DNA from: a virus
DNA length: 64,000 bases
Direction: 5' to 3' (one strand)
IMG/VR virus record: IMGVR_UViG_3300049847_000416
Coordinates: 31,141 to 95,140 of that record
Part shown: positions 49,298 through 58,487 of the stretch, piece by piece
How positions within the stretch are numbered: position 1 is the first letter of the stretch
How the letters are laid out: the number at the start of each line of letters is the position of its first letter
Position numbers and translations under genes: made by a program
Notes under the pieces: model-generated
The model's database searches: none
Seen by the model: only the letters and a program-made list of their open reading frames with translations
Told to the model about the DNA's origin: nothing

Positions 49298-49821
49298 TGG
49301 AAAACGCCATTGTTCCCGAGTCGCAAGACGGAAAAGAGCCCTGCGACTACGATTCTGCACTGAAAGCATTCGATGCCGGCCTGGCTGTGGTGCCGATTCC
49401 CTACGCCCTGATGTCCCTTGACATCGACTACGGCGTCAACAACGATGCACTAAACCGGCAGGGTATCAGCGATTACGACGTGCTAACCATCCCGTCCAAG
49501 AGTGGAAAGCCCGGACACAAGCACGTTTTGATAGATATTCGCCGGTTCGAGCACATTTTCAGCATGCCGATGAGTCAGCGGTCGTTTCTGGCGACATCGT
49601 TTGGGTCAGACCCCATTCGGGAGTTTCTGAGCGTCGAGCGGGCAGCGGTGGGCTACCCATACCCGTACAAACTGTTCATCCAGCCGGAAAAGTATGGAGT
49701 TGCCGCCGCGTGGGCAGTGAGACGGGGGCTGTCTCTGCCCTTCGTCACCAAAGCTGAGTATTTGGATGCGGTGGAAGCCCACAAGGCGCAGACCGAAGAC
49801 TTGGACGACCTCCCCTTCTAG
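49297..49821 (+). CDS. hypothetical protein
   Basis: TAATG coupling. Confidence 0.6.
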   Translation: MENAIVPESQDGKEPCDYDSALKAFDAGLAVVPIPYALMSLDIDYGVNNDALNRQGISDYDVLTIPSKSGKPGHKHVLIDIRRFEHIFSMPMSQRSFLATSFGSDPIREFLSVERAAVGYPYPYKLFIQPEKYGVAAAWAVRRGLSLPFVTKAEYLDAVEAHKAQTEDLDDLPF

Positions 49822-49908
49822 AGGAAACACCTTAGTGAAATTGGGACTTATGGGCTATTGGAACACTCAAGCTGACAGCCTAAACTGACTTCAGAAGCGA
49901 GAATAACC

Positions 49909-49941
49909 ATGCACACCACCAAACCTGAGAATGCAGAATGA
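49909..49941 (+). pseudogene. 10-codon remnant of TTKPENV family (MHTTKPENAE*)
   Basis: matches family N-terminus; ATGA-coupled to 49938. Confidence 0.7.
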
Positions 49942-50351
49942 CACTCCGAGAAAAAGTACGAGCCGAACAAGTTCGCCGGAACGTTGCTAACCAAATCACG
50001 GAGGCCGAAAGAAAGCAGCGGCTGGCCGACGCGGACAAGCTGCAAGAAGCCCGCAAGTGGGTGAGACAGCGCTTGCAGTCACTGGACGGATGCGCAGGCG
50101 TACACGTGTACGTTTATGCCGGTTCCCGTGTGGCAATTCTGCGTAACGAGAAGGGTCGCGAGCTAGAGGTTATGGTGGACTGGTTCACCTACGGAGGATC
50201 TGACGAGGCGGAGCCGGTAGCCAAAAAGAATATCCGCGTTGTGCTCGCGGATACCCGGACGGGCCAGATAGGGGCAGACCTCTTGTTTGAGTTGGAGGAC
50301 TCCCAGATGGAAAACCTCGATAGGAAACTCACAGACTGGGTGTTGGGATGA
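49938..50351 (+). CDS. tandem paralog A
   Basis: shares 'GSDE..PV..KNI.VVL.D...GQI...LTDWVL' with 50348. Confidence 0.75.
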   Translation: MTLREKVRAEQVRRNVANQITEAERKQRLADADKLQEARKWVRQRLQSLDGCAGVHVYVYAGSRVAILRNEKGRELEVMVDWFTYGGSDEAEPVAKKNIRVVLADTRTGQIGADLLFELEDSQMENLDRKLTDWVLG

Positions 50352-50773
50352 CACTCCTCGAAAGCATCCAAGCCGAACAAGCTCGCCGTGGGCAAGAAGC
50401 GGAACAAGCTGCTGACTTAGCGAAGCGGCAGAGACTGGCCGACGACACGAAGCTGCGAAACGCCCGAAATTGGGTCCGAGACCGCCTGCAACCACTGGAT
50501 GGAAAACTCGGCCTAGACATCGTGTGGGACCAAGGTGACGTAACAACTGTAGCTATCCTGCACTCTAAGGGCCGTAAGCTGTTGGTGACAGTGGACTGGT
50601 TGTACTACGAATTCCGAGGGTCTGACGAAGTGGCTCCCGTAGACCTGAAGAACATCCAGGTGGTGCTCACAGACGTGCGGTATGGTCAGATCAGTTCGGC
50701 CCTCCTGTTGAGAGTGGACGACGAACACATGAAATACCTCGACAAGACACTCACAGACTGGGTGTTGAGGTAA
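50348..50773 (+). CDS. tandem paralog B
   Basis: see 49938. Confidence 0.75.
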   Translation: MTLLESIQAEQARRGQEAEQAADLAKRQRLADDTKLRNARNWVRDRLQPLDGKLGLDIVWDQGDVTTVAILHSKGRKLLVTVDWLYYEFRGSDEVAPVDLKNIQVVLTDVRYGQISSALLLRVDDEHMKYLDKTLTDWVLR

Positions 50774-51391
50774 ATGCCTAAGCCGGCGTTAACGCATGAG
50801 GCCTACCTCGAACAGGTAGAAGACCGGGAGTACTCCCGGTTGGTGGCGGCGCTAGGACCATGTGACGCCGCTTTTCATGCTCGGGAACTGCGGGCTGCCG
50901 CTGAACACAACATCCGTGTTCTTCGTACGGCGGCCTTACTACACAAAAAGACATCAAGAAACGCTGGGGAGCGTGAGAAAGAAGACCAAGACATGACACT
51001 CGGAACTCTACTGGACACGTTCCAGAAGCTGAAAGAAAAACAGGCCAAAGAACAAGAGACGAAAAAAGAGCTTAGAGCGGCAGCAAAAGCCTGGCTGTGG
51101 GCTCACGTAGAGCCCCTGGAGGCAGAAGGCATCTCAGTGACAGGGCAGTATGGGGACGGGCCTATTGTGATCCGACGCCGCGATGGGTGCACGTGCTCGC
51201 TGTTCCTTGAAAAGGTATTATCTGGGGAGCTTGGCGTCCGGTTGTCCACCGCTCAACAGGGAACTCTCGCCCGCGACCCGGTCATCGTACCTGATGACAT
51301 GCGGATACCCACTGTGGACTCTGAACTGGTTAAGTGGCTGCTGAAGGGTGAAGTGCCCGAGGAATGGGACGGAGTGCTGCAATTTAGTTGA
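50774..51391 (+). CDS. hypothetical protein; C-terminal part (from ATG 50993) distantly resembles paralogs A/B
   Basis: 'MTL...AKAWL...PLE...D.ELVKWLL'. Confidence 0.6.
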   Translation: MPKPALTHEAYLEQVEDREYSRLVAALGPCDAAFHARELRAAAEHNIRVLRTAALLHKKTSRNAGEREKEDQDMTLGTLLDTFQKLKEKQAKEQETKKELRAAAKAWLWAHVEPLEAEGISVTGQYGDGPIVIRRRDGCTCSLFLEKVLSGELGVRLSTAQQGTLARDPVIVPDDMRIPTVDSELVKWLLKGEVPEEWDGVLQFS

Positions 51392-51445
51392 GGTCAAGGT
51401 TTTTGTCAGAACGCAGGGGCCAAGTGGTCCCAGAAAGGAAACAAC

Positions 51446-51628
51446 ATGAAGAAATTCGCCGTGATTTTCATCCTCGCCGTGGGCGCGCTCGTCATGAACG
51501 CCTCCAATGGCACCCCGCATCCGAAACGGCTACCAAAGCCCGGTGATCGCCTGTGCGTCATCGTGCCGGCTGAAGGAAGTTGTGCGGGTTGCCATAACTG
51601 GTATCCCGCCGACTGTATCGACTTCTAG
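51446..51628 (+). CDS. small secreted 4-Cys peptide
   Basis: MKKFAVIFILAVGALVMNA signal; AAAGGA RBS. Confidence 0.65.
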   Translation: MKKFAVIFILAVGALVMNASNGTPHPKRLPKPGDRLCVIVPAEGSCAGCHNWYPADCIDF

Positions 51629-51710
51629 AACTCGCAGGATTCAGCGGCCTGGGTGGCCGCAGAAATGCGGTCACCCGCCACCCCACCACCCAAGAGAGGA
51701 GAAAATTTCT

Positions 51711-52172
51711 ATGGTAACCTACGAAGTGCAGTTGACGCGTACAAAAGACGCCCGAGAGGCATTGTCAGGCACGTTTGACCACGTAATCCTACGTGGTCCA
51801 CTATCCGGCTCCGAGCTTCAACGATGGCTAGACCGGGCTAGAAGCCGTTACAGCTTCACCTGGAACGGAGAGTCGTACTTTGTCACTAGCATGGTGGCGA
51901 CCCAGCACAATCCCCACCCAGCGGCCTACGACATTCTGGAAAAAGGCACATTGCTCGCCAGCGGCGGAAATTTCTGCATAATGCAGCACGAAAACAGCGT
52001 TTATACGCTGGTTTACGACAATAAATTCGCCACAGACGACAATGCCCACGCCGGTTGGAAAATTCAGCACGTAGAGCAGATAAAGAAAGAGTCCAAACCG
52101 GTCACCTTCGCCGACTTGAAAGGGCTATTTGCTGCTGATTCGTTCTTCGGACGGACAGACGAACAAACCTAG
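51711..52172 (+). CDS. hypothetical protein
   Basis: GAGGAG RBS. Confidence 0.6.
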   Translation: MVTYEVQLTRTKDAREALSGTFDHVILRGPLSGSELQRWLDRARSRYSFTWNGESYFVTSMVATQHNPHPAAYDILEKGTLLASGGNFCIMQHENSVYTLVYDNKFATDDNAHAGWKIQHVEQIKKESKPVTFADLKGLFAADSFFGRTDEQT

Positions 52173-52181
52173 GAGTATCCC

Positions 52182-52670
52182 ATGATCAACCCTGTTATTA
52201 AGATACAACTACCCGCCGCGTACCTACACAAGCTGTTTCCAGAAGGGTCAGAGGCTGAAGCCACCCTCGCCGCCGGCACACTAGCCAACTTCTCAAACGA
52301 GATGGCCCACCGTATCTCGCAGCAGATCATTAACCAAGCTGGCGGCATCAGCTATGTCCACCATATCGAGCAAAAATTGCTCGCGGCGTCCCCCTCCGCT
52401 TACACGAAACTCAGTGACACGTGGAAACAGTCCATCACCGCAAACGTGGAAGCCCTGGTGCAAGATTGGATCACCACCGAAGTGAACCGCGTTGTAGAAA
52501 CCGCCAAAGCCGGGATCCAGGACCGTGTGGAGCGCACCATTGCCAGTATGGTGGGGCAGGAACTGGTTGCCTGCCGGCTGAAGATTCGTGAAGCGCTCGC
52601 GGAAATCGTGCAGCAGGAAGTCAGCACCGCACAGGTCACGGTCGCCATCAACCCCAAGAAGCGGAAGTAG
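52182..52670 (+). CDS. hypothetical protein
   Basis: AGGAG RBS. Confidence 0.6.
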   Translation: MINPVIKIQLPAAYLHKLFPEGSEAEATLAAGTLANFSNEMAHRISQQIINQAGGISYVHHIEQKLLAASPSAYTKLSDTWKQSITANVEALVQDWITTEVNRVVETAKAGIQDRVERTIASMVGQELVACRLKIREALAEIVQQEVSTAQVTVAINPKKRK

Positions 52671-52896
52671 ACCCGTAGAAAGAAAATTTCCATGACTGAA
52701 CAGGCGCAGGATAGTTTATGGCAACAAGCAAAGCAACGGAGGTATCTTCGTTACGCCCGCGAGAGCGTTATCAGTGCCGCGAAAGCCTGGGTAAACTTTG
52801 AAGACGACGGCTTGGCCAAGACGGCACATTTGCAGGAACGATACAACAGCCGGCTAGTAAAGGCGGTTACCCGCCTGGAAAAGCTGGAGGCCCGTG

Positions 52897-53295
52897 ATGC
52901 CGGCTGAGAATAACCGGCTGCTGTGTGATTGGTTGGGAATTCCAGCAACCGATTCCAACTACTGCGCCACGTGCGATCACTCCTCCAGGATGCACGAAGA
53001 GGACTGGTGCGGGGTGGGGGCTTGCGACTGCTCCCTGTGGGTTGCCGCTAAGATCTACCCGGATCTAGCCTCAGAAACCGGCTTCTGGGTGCTTCGAAAG
53101 GCATTGCTGGTCAAGGGTTACCGCGTAGAGTTGGACAGCGATGACCGCGCGTACGTATTCAATGATAACAACCTGGCGGTAGGCCCTGGGCCAGTCCCCC
53201 ACACCGCTTTATTCCGGGCAGCCTGGGCGCTCCGCACTAAGATGCAGGAACAAATGGCTAATGAACAAGCAACTAGTCGGACGGAGGCCAAATGA
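52897..53295 (+). CDS. hypothetical protein with zinc-binding insert
   Basis: 'CATCDH...H...C....CDC'. Confidence 0.6.
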   Translation: MPAENNRLLCDWLGIPATDSNYCATCDHSSRMHEEDWCGVGACDCSLWVAAKIYPDLASETGFWVLRKALLVKGYRVELDSDDRAYVFNDNNLAVGPGPVPHTALFRAAWALRTKMQEQMANEQATSRTEAK

Positions 53296-53591
53296 CACCG
53301 ATTGAAGACTTCGGGATGCGGATGGAACTACCATTCAAGAACCTGACCAACGACGAGTTTCAGGAGTGCTGCGATTTCGTTGAGGTCATGAAGTTCATGC
53401 GGGAACAGTCCGCCCCGGTTCCAGAGAGTAACGACGAACTGCGCCCTCTGCTGAAGGCCTGGATCAAGTACAAGCGTGCCGAACTGAGGGTCCAAGTGAC
53501 TAAGATGCTGGATCAGCGCCGGCAGGAGCGTGAGTTTCGTCCGCCCACAGCCACCATCTGGTGCAAGTGACCACAGACAGAAAGGAACAAG

Positions 53592-54329
53592 ATGACGACA
53601 CCAAACACGAATGAAGGGCGGGCTTACGAAATTTTCCGCCAGCACGCCGAAGCGATGGAAACCGCCCAGCGCATTGACCGGGCGAAGAAAATTGCGGAAG
53701 AACTGTCCACATCGAAGCAGTGGATTGAGGACGTTCGCAAACAGATCGATTACGTGCTGCAATCCACGGATAACCAAGACGCGTTCACGGAAGCTGTGCA
53801 CGGGGCGCTGGTGCAAGCGTATGTCGCCGGCAAGTTCTCGGACTCAACAGCCAAGCTGGTAGCCAAGCAGCCCGAGCCGAAGCCCCAACCGCCGCTTTAC
53901 GGCAACTTGATCGAGGTGCTCAGCGATCAGTGCGCCCACCGGATCTTTAAACTGTGGTGGTTGACCGATGCAACTCAAGAGAACGAAGCTTGGAAGCGTC
54001 ATGTTGTGTCAGATCTCATCTCCGAGGTGAGCCGGGACGTGTTAAACCCGAAAGAGCCTGACTCCGACTACTTCGCTTACACCTACGCTTCCACCAAGGA
54101 AGCGCTTGCGGTCGCGAAAGCCATCCATGAGTACCTTCAGGAGAACGCGTACAAAGCAAAGCGGGGATCGATTTCCGTGATTGCCCGGCTCGACGGTACG
54201 TGTGAGGTTCAAGTCCTGGCGTCAATCATACGTGGGCTGCCTGGAATTGCAGAGATCGCCCGGAAAGATGGCCGCTTGATCCAGTCACCTCTCTGCTTCG
54301 GGCCAGTCACGAACAAGAACAAACTGTAG
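53592..54329 (+). CDS. hypothetical protein
   Basis: AAAGGA RBS. Confidence 0.6.
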   Translation: MTTPNTNEGRAYEIFRQHAEAMETAQRIDRAKKIAEELSTSKQWIEDVRKQIDYVLQSTDNQDAFTEAVHGALVQAYVAGKFSDSTAKLVAKQPEPKPQPPLYGNLIEVLSDQCAHRIFKLWWLTDATQENEAWKRHVVSDLISEVSRDVLNPKEPDSDYFAYTYASTKEALAVAKAIHEYLQENAYKAKRGSISVIARLDGTCEVQVLASIIRGLPGIAEIARKDGRLIQSPLCFGPVTNKNKL

Positions 54330-54338
54330 GGGCATCCG

Positions 54339-54950
54339 ATGAGCAAGTTCAGCGGGTTAGAGTATCCATATTGGACTATCAGCGGGGTTCAAGTGGTACG
54401 AGAGACAGCACCCAGAAGAGGTGGGCAGCGGCGGGTTTGGGTGAAATGTACCTGCGGTTATGAGTGTGAGCGGTCGTTGTATCAATTTACCCCGAAAAGT
54501 GAGGGGCTATGCGTAAAGTGTTCCCCCAAAATGGGGACAAGCCGGGAGCGAGATCGCCATTGGCCTACGTACCGCACGTGGCAGGCAATGAAACAGCGGT
54601 GTCTTAACCCAAATCGCGAAGCTTACAAAGACTACGCTGGACGAGGCGTCCAGGTGTGGCCCGCATGGCACAGTTACACGCAGTTTGTGCGGGATTTGGG
54701 CCAAAGACCACCTGGTACGTCATTGGACAGGATCGACAACGGCGGCAACTATGAGCCTGGAAACTGCCGGTGGGCAACTGTGGAGCAGCAAGCTGACAAC
54801 AAGCGAAACGCCGTTTTTGTGGAAGGCCTGCGCCTAAAAGACATTGCTGCCACCTCAGGGTTACCCCGGTACTTGATTAAAAGTCGGTATTTTCGCTTAA
54901 AGGGCCAGCACAAACCAATCACGGTAGCTGCCCTGGTCGCCCGCACCTAA
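54339..54950 (+). CDS. HNH endonuclease (free-standing homing type)
   Basis: 'W.AMKQRC.NPN...Y.GRG', 'SLDRIDNGGNYEPGNCRWAT..QQ..N'. Confidence 0.9.
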   Translation: MSKFSGLEYPYWTISGVQVVRETAPRRGGQRRVWVKCTCGYECERSLYQFTPKSEGLCVKCSPKMGTSRERDRHWPTYRTWQAMKQRCLNPNREAYKDYAGRGVQVWPAWHSYTQFVRDLGQRPPGTSLDRIDNGGNYEPGNCRWATVEQQADNKRNAVFVEGLRLKDIAATSGLPRYLIKSRYFRLKGQHKPITVAALVART

Positions 54951-55368
54951 AACCGCTTTCTGCTTCAGGCCCATTCAAAAAAAAAACTGTAGGGTTACCC
55001 GGCCTGGCTGCTTCAGACTTTCTCAAAACCGCTGTTACACCTGGCTAACCGCGCGCCCGGCGCGCAAAGGCAGGTCGGGGGGTACCCCCGTACCAGGACT
55101 TTCGTACTACCACCCTTCTAGGGTGAAGGCCTTACGAACGGCTTAGCGCCGGAGGGGAGGCACAAACGCCACGCGCGCATAAGGTCGCCAGAAACCGGTG
55201 CATCGCACGCAACGAACACTGTGGATCCGCCGGCGATGTAGCAGACACAACCAACGCCAGCTTTGCTCGCAGTGAGCTTTGCCTCCGTGAAAGAGCAATG
55301 ATTGACAAGTGGATTGGACATACTCAATACTCGCATGTGGGACAACATTTGACCATCAGTAAATCGCC

Positions 55369-55797
55369 TTAGCGGGCCTTAGACCGCGATGCTCGCTTAG
55401 CGGCTTTAACCTCGCGTACGTTGGATACAAGTGCGAACGCATAGCTCATTGCATTGATAGCGATGAGCACGCTGATAGCGGCGTATGCAGTCCACCCAGT
55501 GGTGAACAACAGGGTAACCTCAAGGATCACGGTGAATGCCGCACCAAGCACGCGAGACCGGTTGACCAATGCGGCCCATTGGTAGACCTTGATACCGCTG
55601 AACACCAAGCACGCGAGTACAATAAGCGCTTGCATGGTCAGTAAGAAGGTGAACGAGGTAAAATCCATCCTGTTGTGGGCCACGTCGAACGAGATCGCTG
55701 GAATGATGGCTCCCAGCAACGAACCAGCTACCGCAGCCGTGGTATTGCTGCGAAACGTTTGAATCTGATTGAGTACTGGAGTAGTGTTGAGTGTCAT
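55369..55797 (-). CDS. four-TM membrane protein
   Basis: hydrophobic helices; preceded by promoter cassette I. Confidence 0.75.
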   Translation of the reverse strand: MTLNTTPVLNQIQTFRSNTTAAVAGSLLGAIIPAISFDVAHNRMDFTSFTFLLTMQALIVLACLVFSGIKVYQWAALVNRSRVLGAAFTVILEVTLLFTTGWTAYAAISVLIAINAMSYAFALVSNVREVKAAKRASRSKAR

Positions 55798-56210
55798 GGT
55801 GAAAGCTCCTGAAACCAGCTTATCAGACTGAGAAAAAGGTACAATCGGTAAAACGCCTTAGAGAACCTTAGTTAAACGCTGGAATCTTGAGGCAGGGAAG
55901 CCGTCTGTGGCGCTGCTAGACCCCAAGTGACCTAATACATCCTCCGGCCTGTTTGCGATTCGTCCTAGGGCCGGAAAACGCTTTATTAGCTCAGCTACTA
56001 CTAGACGTTTCGTACCGCTGCCCGTCAATCCGACAAGCCACCAACCGCATGCTCTCAGTTTGACAAGGGCTACATGGGATGCAATCAAGGCGGCCAGTGT
56101 AGCGACTGTGAAGCCATCGGCACCAGCTATGCTCCACAGCCGAGTGAAGCCTTTAGTAGGCGAGCACGTATTTCAGGGATAGCACGGGGTTTCCTATCAG
56201 TCTAAGATGG

Positions 56211-56395
56211 CAGAAAATTTCTGCCCTTGTGTTTTGTTGTATTTAGGGCCAGCAGAAAATTTCCGCACCCTGTCTTTGGAGTGTGGAGCACCTGTTTCTG
56301 GCGACCCAGCAGAAAATTTCTCGGACCCCTGTTTCTGCGACCCAGAAAATTTCTGTCCTTGTGTTTTGTTGTATTTAGGGCCAGCAGAAAATTTC
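56211..56395. repeat. 53-bp direct repeat (56211-56263, 56343-56395) with five GAAAATTTC sites
   Basis: direct reading. Confidence 0.9.
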
Positions 56396-56462
56396 TTGGA
56401 CCCTGGAATGAGTCTCACTGGCCTAGGCCACACAGGAGAAAAGTACTTGGCCAGCTTGAGTA

Positions 56463-56747
56463 CTAGCATCCGATACTCCGCCTAGACCGGACAACCAAAC
56501 GCTCACTGGCCGAGTACTCGGCCATGCCGCATGAGATAACATACTCCAGTACCAGATAAGCTCTCTTGTACAACATGGCATAACTCACGCCAAGCGCTTT
56601 GTGATGCTGGCCAGCATACTTTTGAGCACTCCATACCATCCGCTCTATGTTGTTCGGCGTGGCCGGAACTAACGCCGTTTTGGCCAGATGGTAGTTACTC
56701 ACTAGCTCACTCGAACTGATTCGATGGAACCATTCAGGCTGTTTCAT
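56463..56747 (-). CDS. hypothetical protein
   Basis: AGGAG RBS. Confidence 0.6.
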   Translation of the reverse strand: MKQPEWFHRISSSELVSNYHLAKTALVPATPNNIERMVWSAQKYAGQHHKALGVSYAMLYKRAYLVLEYVISCGMAEYSASERLVVRSRRSIGC

Positions 56748-56956
56748 GGTGCTCCTACTAATGAATTAGTACTCGGACATTGGGGCGTACGGGTTTAGCT
56801 GGCGAATGAGCCATGGGGCATCCCCGCATCAGTGAGAGCTTTGATACCCTTCGCCGTTGACCAATTACCCCAAACTACGATACCACCACCAGCGAGAATA
56901 CGGGTACCGTGGCCCCATTGCGGATGATATACACACTGGACTCTGTAGATCATGGC

Positions 56957-57286
56957 TCAGAACCTGATATCCAACCGGTACCGGGTGAAGCCAAGGGCCT
57001 TGCGGACCTTAGCGGCCAGATTGTTGGACTCCACAACGGCGGAGGCGTGACCGCCATCACCGTACCCATGACCGTACCGCATATCAAGATATCCCCGCAA
57101 GCGAGTCAAGCGCTCTATGGCTCCATCCAACTCGTTGATAGCTTCATCCATCGTTGGACGCGTATCTAGCGCAGGGAAGTTATCGATACCGGTATCGGCG
57201 GCACGTTGCCACATATCGGCGGCACGTTGCCAGTCCACCATGGCGGAATCCATTGCGAATGGAAGAATTGACCTTTGGCGCGCCAT
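56957..57286 (-). CDS. hypothetical protein
   Basis: ORF; internal 21-bp tandem duplication (WQRAAD x2). Confidence 0.6.
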   Translation of the reverse strand: MARQRSILPFAMDSAMVDWQRAADMWQRAADTGIDNFPALDTRPTMDEAINELDGAIERLTRLRGYLDMRYGHGYGDGGHASAVVESNNLAAKVRKALGFTRYRLDIRF

Positions 57287-57288
57287 GG

Positions 57289-57480
57289 TTACCTATCCCT
57301 CCGTGCGATGAGGGATTCCGCATCGTATTCCGGGACTAGATCACCCGGTACGTCGATATCGTCCAAGTCGCACCCTAGATGGGTTTCCAACGCGCTTAAC
57401 GTTTGGTCCAGGTTATCGCGTGCTTCCGACACCGCTTCGATGCGGTCCTGTAATTGGGTCATATAGCTCTTAGGCATCAT
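57289..57480 (-). CDS. hypothetical protein (cassette gene)
   Basis: follows cassette RBS. Confidence 0.65.
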   Translation of the reverse strand: MMPKSYMTQLQDRIEAVSEARDNLDQTLSALETHLGCDLDDIDVPGDLVPEYDAESLIARRDR

Positions 57481-57554
57481 TTGGTGTTGGCTCCTGATCT
57501 GAGTTATGTGGGATTGGGGTTTCGCGATCAATCCAGCGAAACCCTTAGGTGACC

Positions 57555-57752
57555 TTAGAAGCCGTTTTCAGCGGCGACCTTGAGGGCATCCGTCGCTCTA
57601 TCATCATCTACCCGTACCTCAATCTTGGGTGGAGGCAGTTTCTTGTTGATCCAGGGCAGGGTGACGATGCGAGCATGGATGTTTTGTGCTGCTAGGACAT
57701 CGCGGAGGCTGTTGGCTCTCATGGATGTCGCGAAACGCTTGATTGTTGTCAT
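57555..57752 (-). CDS. hypothetical protein (cassette gene)
   Basis: bounded exactly by two cassettes. Confidence 0.7.
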   Translation of the reverse strand: MTTIKRFATSMRANSLRDVLAAQNIHARIVTLPWINKKLPPPKIEVRVDDDRATDALKVAAENGF

Positions 57753-57826
57753 TTGAGTGTTAGCTCCTGATTCAAGAATACGGGAAGGGGTTCCTCCATT
57801 CAATCCAGCGAAACCCCTAGGTGACC

Positions 57827-57991
57827 TTAGTCGCCGGCGGCGTACCAGCGTGACCGACTCGCAAACACAAACGGGAAGGATTTGGCGAAGTACTTACTGG
57901 CGGTCACCAGTGAAGAGGCGGAGTACTCCGCTAACAGACGGTCCGCACCGTATCCCCCTGTTTTCCGTTCGAAGAAATAATAGCGCGTCAT
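57827..57991 (-). CDS. 54-aa hypothetical protein
   Basis: AGGAG RBS; stop is the first TAA of cassette B. Confidence 0.6.
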   Translation of the reverse strand: MTRYYFFERKTGGYGADRLLAEYSASSLVTASKYFAKSFPFVFASRSRWYAAGD

Positions 57992-57996
57992 TTGGG

Positions 57997-58482
57997 TTAG
58001 CTCCTCAGTTTGGTGACCAGCACACCGGATTTGTGATCGATGGCGGGATGTCCGAGTATCTCTTGGATCATCTCACGGATAAGAGCCTCAGCCGGATCAT
58101 CGGACTCCACACCACACATGGACTCAGACAACGCGGTCAAGTTACCCGATGCATCCTCAAGAGTAACCTGGACTATTTGATAATGCCAGTCTGAGTCGAG
58201 CCAAGCTTTGATGCGGTCGTAGTCTTGACGTACAACGATAGGAGCATCTAGCATGGGGATGCCCCATACCTCGGCAGCTTTGACGTAGGACCGCTCCCAA
58301 TCGTAGTACCAGTTAAAGGGCAGATTGGCGCGATTGTCGCGAGTAGCAGCCGTGATTACTCCGTGGCAATCCGAGTTTTCCCAAGGAAAACCGGCATCCT
58401 CATCGTGCGTTCGGACAATGCGGAAACGGTATCCCGCATGCGTGAGTAGCGTGATGCCTTGCTTCAATGCGTTGATGGTCAT
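57997..58482 (-). CDS. phage hypothetical protein
   Basis: 'PWENSDCHG...ESMCGVES'. Confidence 0.7.
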   Translation of the reverse strand: MTINALKQGITLLTHAGYRFRIVRTHDEDAGFPWENSDCHGVITAATRDNRANLPFNWYYDWERSYVKAAEVWGIPMLDAPIVVRQDYDRIKAWLDSDWHYQIVQVTLEDASGNLTALSESMCGVESDDPAEALIREMIQEILGHPAIDHKSGVLVTKLRS

Positions 58483-58487
58483 TGGGG

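Noticed and set aside
55858-56088. 76-aa minus-strand ORF
   Set aside because: Weak start, no RBS, overlaps cassette I; not supported enough to list
56211-56395. Mini CRISPR array
   Set aside because: Conserved unit is only ~11 bp, spacing is uneven, first and last spacers are near-identical, and there are no cas genes
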